Below, in pieces: positions 6,503 to 15,135 of a stretch of DNA of 51,114 bases. Under the pieces are notes generated by a model. The model was not told where the DNA came from and did not search any database. It saw only the letters and a program-made list of their open reading frames with translations. The stretch spans positions 1 through 51,114 of the forward strand of contig JAZQUC010000017.1 in the NCBI GenBank assembly GCA_045631075.1. Direction: 5' to 3'. The DNA comes from Candidatus Fimenecus sp. (lineage in GTDB: Bacteria; Bacillota; Clostridia; Oscillospirales; Acutalibacteraceae). The position numbers and the translations under genes are program-made. Position 1 is the stretch's first letter. Every line of letters starts with the position of its first letter.

Positions 6503-6551
6503 ATAGATAATAAACAGAACTTATTTATTATCATTAAATTTCTTTTACCCC

Positions 6552-6580
6552 TTGCAAAATCTGTTACATAAGTATAAAAT
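6552..6580 (+). promoter_or_regulatory. Candidate ilvD promoter (TTGCAA-17-TAAAAT)
   Basis: TTGCAA 6552-6557 and TAAAAT 6575-6580. AGGAGG RBS lies before ATG 6624. Confidence 0.5.
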
Positions 6581-6623
6581 ATAGTGTATTATTGTAAATC
6601 TACTTTGTGTAGGAGGACTCATT

Positions 6624-8297
6624 ATGAATTTAAGAAGTGAAAATGTATTAAGAGGTGCAGAAAGAGCACCTAACAGAAGCCTTTTCTATGCAATGGGCTA
6701 TACTAAAGAAGAAATTGAAAGACCATTAATTGCAGTTGTTTCTGCACACAGTGAAATTGTTCCTGGTCATATTCATCTTGATAAAATTACAGAGGCTGTA
6801 AAAGCTGGTGTTCGTATGGCAGGTGGTACTCCTGTTATGGTTCCTGCAATCGGCGTTTGTGACGGTATTGCAATGGGACATGTTGGTATGAAATATTCAC
6901 TTGCATCCCGTGAACTTATTGCTGACAGCGTTGAAACAATGATTATGGCTCATGGTTTTGATGGTGCAGTTCTTGTTCCTAACTGTGATAAGATTGTTCC
7001 TGGTATGATTATGGCTGCTGTTCGCCTTAATATCCCTGCAGTTGTATGCTCAGGCGGACCTATGATGTCAGGTCTTGTTGATGGTGTTGAAACATCACTT
7101 TCAAAGATGTTTGAAGCAGTAGGTGCTCGTAAAGCAGGTCTTATTGATGATTGTAAGCTCTGTGAATTTGAAGAAAATGTTTGTCCGGGCTGTGGCTCTT
7201 GTTCAGGTATGTATACTGCTAACTCAATGAACTGTCTTGCAGAAGCAGTTGGTATTGCTCTTCCAGGTAACGGTACAATCCCTGCGGTACATAGCGGTCG
7301 TATTCAGCTTGCAAAGCATGCAGGTATGGCAATTATGAACCTTGTTAAAAATGATATTAAAGCTCGTGATATTATCAACGAAAAGTCAATCCGTAATGCT
7401 CTTGCTTGTGATATGGCTCTTGGTTGCTCATCAAACAGTGTTCTTCATCTTCTTGCTATTGCTAACGAAGCTGAAGTTCCTGTTGACCTTGAATTATTCA
7501 ACGAAATCAGTGCAAAAGTTCCTAACCTTTGTCATTTAGCTCCTGCAGGTGGAACACATATGCACGACCTTAACAATGCAGGTGGTATTCCTGCTGTTCA
7601 GGCTGAACTTGCAAAGAAAGACCTTCTTGATTTGTCACTTATTACTGCAACAGGTAAAACTGTTGGTGAAAATATTGAAAGTGCATATATTAAGAATACT
7701 GATGCTATTCGTCCTATTGATAACCCATACAGCGAAACAGGTGGTATCGCAATTCTTTGGGGCAATATCGCAAAAGACGGTTGCGTAGTAAAGAGAAGTG
7801 CAGTTGCATCTGAAATGCTTGTTCATTCAGGACCTGCAAGAGTATTTGACTCTGAAGACGAAGCTATTGATGCAATTTACAATGGCAAAATCACTCACGG
7901 TGATGTTGTTGTTATTCGTTACGAAGGTCCTATGGGTGGTCCTGGTATGAGAGAAATGCTTAACCCAACATCAGCACTTGCTGGTATGGAACTTGACAAG
8001 ACTGTTGCTCTTATTACTGACGGTCGTTTCAGTGGTGCATCTCGTGGTGCGTCAATTGGTCATGTTTCACCTGAAGCGGCTGCGGGCGGTGAAATTGGTC
8101 TTATTTATGAAGGTGATATTATTGAAATTAATATCCCTGAAAGCAAAATCAATGTTCAGGTTTCAAACGAAGAACTTGATGAAAGAAGAAAAGCTTATGT
8201 TAAGCCTGAACCAAAAGTTAAGTCAGGATGGCTTGCTCGTTATTCAACACTTGTTTCATCTGCAAAAGACGGTGCAGTTATGAAAAAGGTATTTTAA
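6624..8297 (+). CDS. ilvD: Dihydroxy-acid dehydratase
   Basis: 557 aa. The N-terminus [14 protein letters not shown] and the [17 protein letters not shown] and [16 protein letters not shown] motifs are diagnostic. Confidence 0.97.
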   Translation: MNLRSENVLRGAERAPNRSLFYAMGYTKEEIERPLIAVVSAHSEIVPGHIHLDKITEAVKAGVRMAGGTPVMVPAIGVCDGIAMGHVGMKYSLASRELIADSVETMIMAHGFDGAVLVPNCDKIVPGMIMAAVRLNIPAVVCSGGPMMSGLVDGVETSLSKMFEAVGARKAGLIDDCKLCEFEENVCPGCGSCSGMYTANSMNCLAEAVGIALPGNGTIPAVHSGRIQLAKHAGMAIMNLVKNDIKARDIINEKSIRNALACDMALGCSSNSVLHLLAIANEAEVPVDLELFNEISAKVPNLCHLAPAGGTHMHDLNNAGGIPAVQAELAKKDLLDLSLITATGKTVGENIESAYIKNTDAIRPIDNPYSETGGIAILWGNIAKDGCVVKRSAVASEMLVHSGPARVFDSEDEAIDAIYNGKITHGDVVVIRYEGPMGGPGMREMLNPTSALAGMELDKTVALITDGRFSGASRGASIGHVSPEAAAGGEIGLIYEGDIIEINIPESKINVQVSNEELDERRKAYVKPEPKVKSGWLARYSTLVSSAKDGAVMKKVF

Positions 8298-8300
8298 TCT

Positions 8301-9053
8301 ATGCCAAAGGTTGTAAAAATCAAATCGCAACTGAAAAAAGAAAAAAATAAGGAATTTATAAAAGTTTCTTTTTCCTTTTTGTTTGTATTGTTATTTGCAG
8401 GCATAGGATTCGGAATGCTATTTGCAATTCTCCTGAAAAAGTCCACAGTACATATTTCAATTCCTGTTATATTTATTGTGCTTGGTTTAATTGGATTTGT
8501 TTCGTTTGTTATATTTAAAAAGAAATATAACATTTTGCAATCGGGTGTGCATGGGGAAGAAATTACACTTAAAATTTTACGAAAACTGCCTAAGGATTTT
8601 ACTGTGCTTACTAATCCTGTAATTCTCAATCGCGGTATTACAATGGAGCTTGACTTTGTTGTTGTTAGCAAAAATGGTGTTTTCATTGTTGAAAGCAAAA
8701 ATTATCGTGGAATTGTTTATGGTAAAACATCGAATTCAAACTGGAAACAAGTTAAACATGGTAAAAACGGTAAAACATATGAAAAGTTAGTTTCTAATCC
8801 CGCTAAACAGTCATTCCGTCAGAAACGAAGACTTGAAGAACTGTTCAGAGATTTAAAGATAAGTGCAAATGTTTATTCAATTCTTTATTTTGTTGATGAC
8901 AGAACAGAGTTGAAAATTCAGGATGATGCAAATCTGAATATTGCAATAATCAATAATGAAGATTCTTTACTTGATTTTATAGAGAATACTAAAGGTAGAG
9001 AAAAAGTAAGTTCAGAAGAACTTACAAAAATTATCCGACAATTTAAAAGATAA
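8301..9053 (+). CDS. Membrane-anchored NERD-domain protein
   Basis: 250 aa with two N-terminal TM helices. The NERD-like core is GEEITLKILRKLPKDFTVLTN..LDFVVVSKNGVFIVESKNYRG. Starts 3 nt after the ilvD stop. Confidence 0.75.
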   Translation: MPKVVKIKSQLKKEKNKEFIKVSFSFLFVLLFAGIGFGMLFAILLKKSTVHISIPVIFIVLGLIGFVSFVIFKKKYNILQSGVHGEEITLKILRKLPKDFTVLTNPVILNRGITMELDFVVVSKNGVFIVESKNYRGIVYGKTSNSNWKQVKHGKNGKTYEKLVSNPAKQSFRQKRRLEELFRDLKISANVYSILYFVDDRTELKIQDDANLNIAIINNEDSLLDFIENTKGREKVSSEELTKIIRQFKR

Positions 9054-9095
9054 CATATTGTCTATAATATCAGCATAAAATTAAGTGGTGATATT

Positions 9096-9833
9096 ATGGA
9101 CAATGATTTTTATGAAAGAAGTTCAACAAGTAATAAAAAAAGAGAACAAAAAAAGCAGAATGTAATGACAAAAGTTATTGTTGTTCAGCTTGTTTTATCT
9201 CTTGTGGTGTCAGGAATTATTTTTGTAGTTTGCAAAACAGAAAGTAATCTTTCAAAAAATATTAAATTATTTTATACTGAAATATCAAAAACCGATATCG
9301 TAGTTTCTACTATCATAGATGTATTTAAAAATGTAGCGAAACAAACCTTTGCACCGACTATTATTGAAGAAACTGCATCAGGAGAAACAACAGAAGAATC
9401 AGGGGAAAAGGCAGACTTTTCTCCTGTTTTTTTAACAGTTGATATTACTAATCCAATTGAAAAAGGATATATTTCATCATATTTCGGATATCGTGTAAGT
9501 CCGATTACAAATAAATATTCATTACATAAAGGGATTGATATTCCTGCAGAGGAAAATACAAAAATATATACAATATATGATGGTACAGTCGAAATAGCAG
9601 ATTATAACAGCATAAACGGGAATTACATTGTTATAAAGCATAGCAATACATTTAAAACAACCTACAATCATTGTAATAAATTGTTCTTTAAAAAAGGAGA
9701 TAAGGTAAAAAAAGGAGAGTGTATAGCACTTGTTGGTGCAACAGGTTATGCAACGGGAAATCATTTGCATTTTGAATTGATTATCAATGGCAAATATATA
9801 AATCCCGTATGGGTATTAGACTATGATTTTTAA
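9096..9833 (+). CDS. M23 family metallopeptidase (membrane anchored; SpoIVFA-like position)
   Basis: One TM helix. LytM/M23 motifs are HKGIDI, NGNYIVIKH and GATGYATGNHLHFE. Confidence 0.85.
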   Translation: MDNDFYERSSTSNKKREQKKQNVMTKVIVVQLVLSLVVSGIIFVVCKTESNLSKNIKLFYTEISKTDIVVSTIIDVFKNVAKQTFAPTIIEETASGETTEESGEKADFSPVFLTVDITNPIEKGYISSYFGYRVSPITNKYSLHKGIDIPAEENTKIYTIYDGTVEIADYNSINGNYIVIKHSNTFKTTYNHCNKLFFKKGDKVKKGECIALVGATGYATGNHLHFELIINGKYINPVWVLDYDF

Positions 9834-10428
9834 TATAAAAGGAATCAAGATTGAAATAACATTTCTTTTTGTAGCATTTATTTCATTTGTTATTTTAATT
9901 GATGTATCGTCAAATGTGCTTATAACTGTTTTATCATCAATGTTGCACGAAATTGGTCATTTATTTACAATGATTTCATTGGGTAATAAACCGCAAAAGG
10001 TAAGATTTGAACTTACAGGCATAAATATTATACGAAATCAGGAAATAGCAATCAGCACTAAAAATGAAATATTAATTTCTTTTGGTGGACCTTTCGTAAA
10101 TGCTTTGATGACTCTTGCAAGTAGCGTTATTTTAGTGTTTTTTAATAATGAGGTGTTACTTACCTTTGCTTGTATCAATCTTATATTAATGACTTTCAAT
10201 CTTTTACCGGTTAAAAAACTTGACGGTGGAAGAATATTATATTTTTTATTGTCAACAAGGCTTGATTTTACAGTTTGCTCAAAGGTGTTAAATGTAACAT
10301 CATTATGTTTCATTTTCTTGATATTTGTATGGGGAATATATATATTTGTGGCAAGTCGTTATAATTTCTCTTTGATTATAATTGCCGTTTTTCTTTTTAT
10401 TTCGTACTTTAACGATAATGAATATTGA
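9823..10428 (+). CDS. M50 (site-2 protease) family membrane metalloprotease, SpoIVFB-like but without a CBS domain
   Basis: 201 aa polytopic protein. HEIGH motif (LHEIGHLF) and NLLPVKKLDGGRILY motif. Overlaps the M23 gene by 11 nt. Confidence 0.7.
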   Translation: MIFNIKGIKIEITFLFVAFISFVILIDVSSNVLITVLSSMLHEIGHLFTMISLGNKPQKVRFELTGINIIRNQEIAISTKNEILISFGGPFVNALMTLASSVILVFFNNEVLLTFACINLILMTFNLLPVKKLDGGRILYFLLSTRLDFTVCSKVLNVTSLCFIFLIFVWGIYIFVASRYNFSLIIIAVFLFISYFNDNEY

Positions 10429-10482
10429 AAAAAATTATGAATTATAGTAAAATAATACGAATAACTTTTTGTGAGGTCTGTT

Positions 10483-12327
10483 ATGGTTAAAAAAGAAGTT
10501 GAAAAATTACTGAAAAAAGTTCAAAAACCTGCAAGATATACAGGTGGTGAACTTAATAGTGTTATAAAAAATAAAGAAGATGTAAAACTTCGATATGCTT
10601 TCTGTTTTCCTGATAACTACGAAATCGGTATGTCGCATCTTGGTATGAAAATACTTTATAGTGTTGTAAATGAACGAAACGATGCTTGGTGTGAAAGAGT
10701 TTTTGCACCTTGGGACGATATGGAAGCACTTATGCGTGAAAACGACATTAAGCTTTATGCTCTTGAAAGTGGCGACAGTCTTGATGAGTTTGACTTAATC
10801 GGCTTTTCATTACAATACGAATTATGTTATACAAATGTACTTAATATGCTTGATTTAGGTGGTGTTCCTGTACTTAAAAAGGACAGAACAAGTCTTACGC
10901 CTATTGTTATTGCAGGCGGACCTTGTGCATGTAATGCTGAACCAATGGTTGATTTTGTTGACATTTTCTTACCTGGTGAGGGTGAAGAAGTAACAAATGA
11001 CCTTGTTGATTTGCTTGTTAAACATAAAGAGTTAGGCTCAACAAAGCTCGAGTTCTTAAAGGAAGCTGCACAGATACAGGGTGTTTATGTTCCTGAATTT
11101 TATGATGTTAAATACAATGAAGACGGAACAATTAAATCCATTGATAATACAGAAAATGCTCCTGAAAAAGTAACAAAAAGAATTGTATCAGACCTTGATA
11201 AAGCACATTATCCAAAAGACTTTATTGTTCCGTTTATTGATGTTGTTCAGGACAGAACAGTAGGGGAAGTGTTCCGTGGTTGTACTCGTGGATGCCGTTT
11301 CTGTCAGGCATGCTTTATCACAAGACCAATTCGTGAAAAATCACCTGAAACTATCAATGAACAATGCCGTAGTATTAGTGATTCAACAGGCTATGATGAA
11401 ATTTCTCTTTGCTCACTTTCAACAAGTGACTATACTAAAATTGAAAAACTCATTCCAATGCTTTTTGATTGGGCATTGAAAGAGAATATCAATGTTTCTT
11501 TACCATCTTTGCGAGTTGACAATTTCTCTGACGAGCTTATGGAAGAACTTAAAAAGGTGCGTCGTAGTGGTCTTACATTTGCTCCTGAAGCAGGTACTCA
11601 AAGACTTCGTGATGCTATCAATAAAAATGTTACTGAAGAAGAGGTACTTCGTACTGCACTTAAAGCCTTTGATGGTGGATGGACAAGCGTCAAGCTTTAC
11701 TTTATGATGGGACTTCCAACAGAAACAATGGAAGATATTGCTGGAATTGCTGACCTTGCACAAAAAGTTGTTGATGCGTTCTATCGTAATCCTAATAAAC
11801 CAAAGGGTAAGGGCGTTCAGGTGAGTGTAAGCTGTGCATCATTCGTTCCAAAGCCATTTACGCCTTTCCAGTGGGAACCACAGGACACTATGGAAAGTCT
11901 TACTGAAAAGCAAAAACATCTTCTCAGTAGTACAACAAGCCGTAAAATCACAATCAGCTATCATCAGTCTGAAACATCAGTTCTTGAAGGTGTGTTTGCG
12001 CGTGGTGACCGTCGTCTTGGTGAAGTAATTTATAAGGCTTGGCAAAAGGGCTGTAAGTTTGATGCTTGGGATGAATTCTTTGATTTTTCAAAGTGGTCAG
12101 AAGCGTTTAATGAATGTGGACTTACAACAGAATTTTACGCTAATCGTCGTCGTGAATACAATGAAATTCTTCCTTGGGATGTTATGGATTATGGTATTCG
12201 TAAAGAATTCCTTATTGAAGAAAACAAAAAAGCACACGAGAGCGTAACAACTCCACAATGTAGAATTAAATGTGCTGCTTGTGGTGCAAATAAATTGAAT
12301 GGAGGTAAATGTGATGCCAGAATTTAA
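10483..12327 (+). CDS. B12-binding-domain radical SAM protein (TIGR03960-type)
   Basis: GCTRGCRFCQA (CxxxCxxC) cluster motif, about 614 aa, and characteristic pairing with the next gene. ATG 10483 is preferred over GTG 10471 because of GAGGT spacing. Confidence 0.85.
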   Translation: MVKKEVEKLLKKVQKPARYTGGELNSVIKNKEDVKLRYAFCFPDNYEIGMSHLGMKILYSVVNERNDAWCERVFAPWDDMEALMRENDIKLYALESGDSLDEFDLIGFSLQYELCYTNVLNMLDLGGVPVLKKDRTSLTPIVIAGGPCACNAEPMVDFVDIFLPGEGEEVTNDLVDLLVKHKELGSTKLEFLKEAAQIQGVYVPEFYDVKYNEDGTIKSIDNTENAPEKVTKRIVSDLDKAHYPKDFIVPFIDVVQDRTVGEVFRGCTRGCRFCQACFITRPIREKSPETINEQCRSISDSTGYDEISLCSLSTSDYTKIEKLIPMLFDWALKENINVSLPSLRVDNFSDELMEELKKVRRSGLTFAPEAGTQRLRDAINKNVTEEEVLRTALKAFDGGWTSVKLYFMMGLPTETMEDIAGIADLAQKVVDAFYRNPNKPKGKGVQVSVSCASFVPKPFTPFQWEPQDTMESLTEKQKHLLSSTTSRKITISYHQSETSVLEGVFARGDRRLGEVIYKAWQKGCKFDAWDEFFDFSKWSEAFNECGLTTEFYANRRREYNEILPWDVMDYGIRKEFLIEENKKAHESVTTPQCRIKCAACGANKLNGGKCDARI

Positions 12328-12997
12328 AAAATGGGCAATGGACGTGAGAATGTCTTTCGAAAAAACAGGTATGGCAAAGTTTATCTCTCACCTTGATACA
12401 GTTCGTTGTATTACAAGAGCAATGAAAAGAGCCTGTGTGCCAATCTGGTTTACGGAAGGCTTTAACCCTCATGCTTTCCTTACGTTTGCAATGCCACTTT
12501 CATTAGGTTTTGAAAGCCTTTGTGAAACTGTTGACTTCCGTCTTATGGAAGAAGTCGATTTAACCGAACTTAAGGAAAGACTTAATAATGCTTTACCAGT
12601 TGATATTACAGTCAAGGAAATCTATGTTTATGAAACTTCACCTAATGATATTCGTTGGGCTGAATATAAGATTATTTTTAATAATCCCGATTCATTACTT
12701 TTAGAAAAGGCTGAAACAGTTCTTTCTGCTGATGAAATTCTTGTTCTCAAAAAAGGAAAACAGGGCAGGAAAAAGGTTGATAAGGAAGTTAATATTAAAG
12801 AACACATTAAATCATTTGAATTAGAAAATGATAATGGTAAGCTCGTGCTTAAAACAGTACTTTCTTCAGGTACAAGCATAAATATCAATCCAATGCTTTT
12901 AATCGGTGCATTAGTAAAAGATACTGAAACTGATGAGCAGGATGTGGATATTATTAAAATCCAATCTTATAAAGAAGATATGGAAATATTCAAATAA
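12314..12997 (+). CDS. Radical-SAM-associated protein (TIGR03936/DUF2344-type)
   Basis: F.K.G.AKFISHLD..R...RA.KRA..P..FTEGFNPH pattern. Overlaps the preceding radical SAM gene. GGAGGT RBS lies before ATG 12314. Confidence 0.8.
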   Translation: MPEFKKWAMDVRMSFEKTGMAKFISHLDTVRCITRAMKRACVPIWFTEGFNPHAFLTFAMPLSLGFESLCETVDFRLMEEVDLTELKERLNNALPVDITVKEIYVYETSPNDIRWAEYKIIFNNPDSLLLEKAETVLSADEILVLKKGKQGRKKVDKEVNIKEHIKSFELENDNGKLVLKTVLSSGTSININPMLLIGALVKDTETDEQDVDIIKIQSYKEDMEIFK

Positions 12998-13011
12998 ATG
13001 CAAAAAAACAC

Positions 13012-13040
13012 TTGCATTTCCTATTGACTTATGATATTAT
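13012..13040 (+). promoter_or_regulatory. Candidate rplS promoter (TTGCAT-17-TATTAT)
   Basis: TTGCAT 13012-13017 and TATTAT 13035-13040. Confidence 0.55.
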
Positions 13041-13046
13041 ATATGG

Positions 13047-13144
13047 GCATTTGTGGGAAACTGCAAAAAAATAACTATTATCTCGGGTGGTCCTCTGCTG
13101 ACATTCGGTACGAACACTTGAAAAATTTTTATCGGAGGTTAGTT
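13047..13144 (+). promoter_or_regulatory. ~100-nt rplS leader, possible ribosomal-protein (L19-type) autoregulatory leader
   Basis: Long untranslated leader between the promoter and RBS. GGTCCTCTGC can pair with the GGAGG Shine-Dalgarno. L19 leaders are known in Firmicutes, but I cannot verify the consensus by eye. Confidence 0.3.
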
Positions 13145-13486
13145 ATGGACGCATTAAGATTTATGGCACAGGATTGCATCAAAGAAGCAAATCCAGCAAT
13201 CAGAGTCGGTGACGTTGTTAAAGTACACGTTAAGATTCGTGAAGGCGAAAGAGAAAGAATTCAGGTATTCGAAGGAACAATCATTGCTCGCAAGGGTGCT
13301 GGTGTTTCTGAAACATTCACAGTACGTCGTGTATCATACGGTGTTGGTGTTGAAAGAGTATTCCCTGTAAATTCACCAAATGTTGCAAAGGTAGAGACAG
13401 TAAGACGCGGTAAGGTACGCAGAAGCAAGCTCTATTATCTTCGTGACAGAGTTGGTAAGGCTGCTAAAGTTAAAGAGCAGATATAA
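13145..13486 (+). CDS. rplS: 50S ribosomal protein L19
   Basis: VGD.V.V...I.EG.RERIQ.FEG..I...G.G..ETFTVR....GVGVER.FP..SP pattern, 113 aa. GGAGG RBS lies before ATG 13145. The upstream part of the tracked ORF is leader. Confidence 0.95.
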   Translation: MDALRFMAQDCIKEANPAIRVGDVVKVHVKIREGERERIQVFEGTIIARKGAGVSETFTVRRVSYGVGVERVFPVNSPNVAKVETVRRGKVRRSKLYYLRDRVGKAAKVKEQI

Positions 13487-13508
13487 TCGAATCGTCAAAA
13501 AACAAACA

Positions 13509-13537
13509 AGGCAGAGAGTAATCTCTGCTTTTTGTTT
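13509..13537 (+). terminator. rplS intrinsic terminator
   Basis: GCAGAGA-GTAA-TCTCTGC followed by TTTTTGTTT. Confidence 0.8.
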
Positions 13538-13544
13538 ATTATCT

Positions 13545-13707
13545 GTAACCACTTCTTAAATCTTGCTCATAATTCTCAGTGGCTACTTTTTCGTCATAAC
13601 TCGTCCAAAATACTCGTTAATACACAAAGTATTGCCTGCGTTTTTTGACGGTTCTGACAAAAAAACTATCTCACTGATAATCATAACCCGATTTAATCAG
13701 CTGTTAC
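13545..13707. repeat. Long imperfect palindrome (~55-bp arms plus partly palindromic centre)
   Basis: GTAACCACTTCTTAAATCTTGCTCATAATTCTCAGTGGCTACTTTTTCGTCATAA resembles the reverse complement of 13652-13707 (GTAACAGCTGATTAAATCGGGTTATGATTATCAGTGAGATAGTTTTTTTGTCAGAA). Identity is roughly three quarters by eye. Confidence 0.55.
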
Positions 13708-13759
13708 TTTATTTCTCCTGAGTATATGGAGGAGTATTTATTGTGGAGGGATTCATATT

Positions 13760-14683
13760 ATGGACTGGACAGAAATTAAAATTGAAATAGATGCCGAAAA
13801 TATTGACCGTGCAGCCGATATTGCAAGTATGGCTGTACCTTACGGTATTTATATTGAAGATTATCGAACACTTGAACAGGAAGCTTGGGAAATTGCTAAT
13901 ATTGACCTTATTGATGAAGAATTATTAGCAAAAGACAGAACAAAGGGTTGTGTGCATATTTACATTTCACCTGAAGAAAACTATAAGGAAGCAATTTCAT
14001 TCTTAACAGAAAGATATGAAAGTGAAAAAATTCCTCATTCAATCGAATATAAGCCATGCAGAAATGAAGACTGGGAAAATAACTGGAAAGAATATTTTAA
14101 GCCAATGAAAATTGGTGAAAAACTTCTTATCCGTCCACTTTGGATTGACGATTATGATGCAGATGGCAGGGCAGTATTAAGCATCGAGCCTGGTCTTGCA
14201 TTTGGAAGTGGTGGACACAACACAACTCGTCTTTGTCTTGAAACACTTGAAAAGCATGTTAAAACAGGTGATAGTGTCCTTGACTGTGGTTGTGGTAGTG
14301 GTATTTTGTCAGTTGCATCTCTTTTAATGGGTGCTGACAATGCAACAGGTGTTGATATCGATAAGTTAGCTGTTAAAACTGCTATTGAAAATGGTAAGGT
14401 TAACGGTTTTGAAGCACCAAAATACAATATTCTCAATGGTAACCTTGTTGATAAGGTAACAGGCACTTTTGATGTTGTTGTTGCTAATATTGTTGCTGAT
14501 ATTATCATTCTTTTTTCTTCACAGGTTGGTGAATTCTTAAAGGATGACGGTGTTTTCATCACATCAGGTATTATCGAGCCTCGTGAGGAAGAGGTAATAA
14601 AAGCATTCCACGAAAACAACTTCGAAATAGTTGAAAGATATGAAGACGGCGGATGGCTTTGCTTCGTTTGTAAAAAGAAATAA
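13760..14683 (+). CDS. prmA: Ribosomal protein L11 methyltransferase
   Basis: Typical W.EI.I N-terminus, LAFGSGGHNTTRLCLE and the SAM motif VLDCGCGSGILS. 307 aa. Confidence 0.93.
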   Translation: MDWTEIKIEIDAENIDRAADIASMAVPYGIYIEDYRTLEQEAWEIANIDLIDEELLAKDRTKGCVHIYISPEENYKEAISFLTERYESEKIPHSIEYKPCRNEDWENNWKEYFKPMKIGEKLLIRPLWIDDYDADGRAVLSIEPGLAFGSGGHNTTRLCLETLEKHVKTGDSVLDCGCGSGILSVASLLMGADNATGVDIDKLAVKTAIENGKVNGFEAPKYNILNGNLVDKVTGTFDVVVANIVADIIILFSSQVGEFLKDDGVFITSGIIEPREEEVIKAFHENNFEIVERYEDGGWLCFVCKKK

Positions 14684-14692
14684 GGTGTAATT

Positions 14693-15043
14693 ATGCTTTT
14701 TATTGAATATCCTAAATGTACAACTTGTCAGAAGGCAAAGAAATTTCTTACAGAGAATAATGTGAATTTTACAGCTCGTCACATTAAAGAAGATAATCCA
14801 TCATATGATGAGCTTAAAAGCTGGTACGAAAAAAGTGGTTTACCATTAAAACGCTTTTTCAATACAAGTGGACTTTTGTACAAGTCAATGGACTTGAAAA
14901 ATAAACTTCCACAAATGAGTGAAGACGAGCAGTTAAAGCTTCTCTCAACCGACGGAATGCTTGTTAAACGACCAATTTTAATTACAGAAACTAAAATTCT
15001 TGTTGGCTTTCGTGAAAACGAATGGCTTGACGAAATAAAATAA
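14693..15043 (+). CDS. ArsC/Spx-family (arsenate reductase-like, thioredoxin fold) protein
   Basis: 116 aa. YPKCTTCQKAKKFL N-terminal motif and LVKRPIL near the C-terminus. Confidence 0.85.
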   Translation: MLFIEYPKCTTCQKAKKFLTENNVNFTARHIKEDNPSYDELKSWYEKSGLPLKRFFNTSGLLYKSMDLKNKLPQMSEDEQLKLLSTDGMLVKRPILITETKILVGFRENEWLDEIK

Positions 15044-15048
15044 TTTTA

Positions 15049-15082
15049 TAACCGCTTCAGATTGAGGCGGTTTTTCTTTTTG
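15049..15082 (+). terminator. Intrinsic terminator after the ArsC-family gene
   Basis: AACCGCTTCA-GAT-TGAGGCGGTT followed by TTTCTTTTT. Confidence 0.75.
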
Positions 15083-15135
15083 TATTGAAAAATGAAATGA
15101 TATCCAATATAATAAGTAAAAAGGAGAGATATTAT

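Noticed and set aside
13031-13144. 38-codon N-terminal extension of rplS in the track
   Set aside because: It starts inside the promoter -10 region and has no RBS. L19 proteins are about 115 aa, and a GGAGG precedes ATG 13145.
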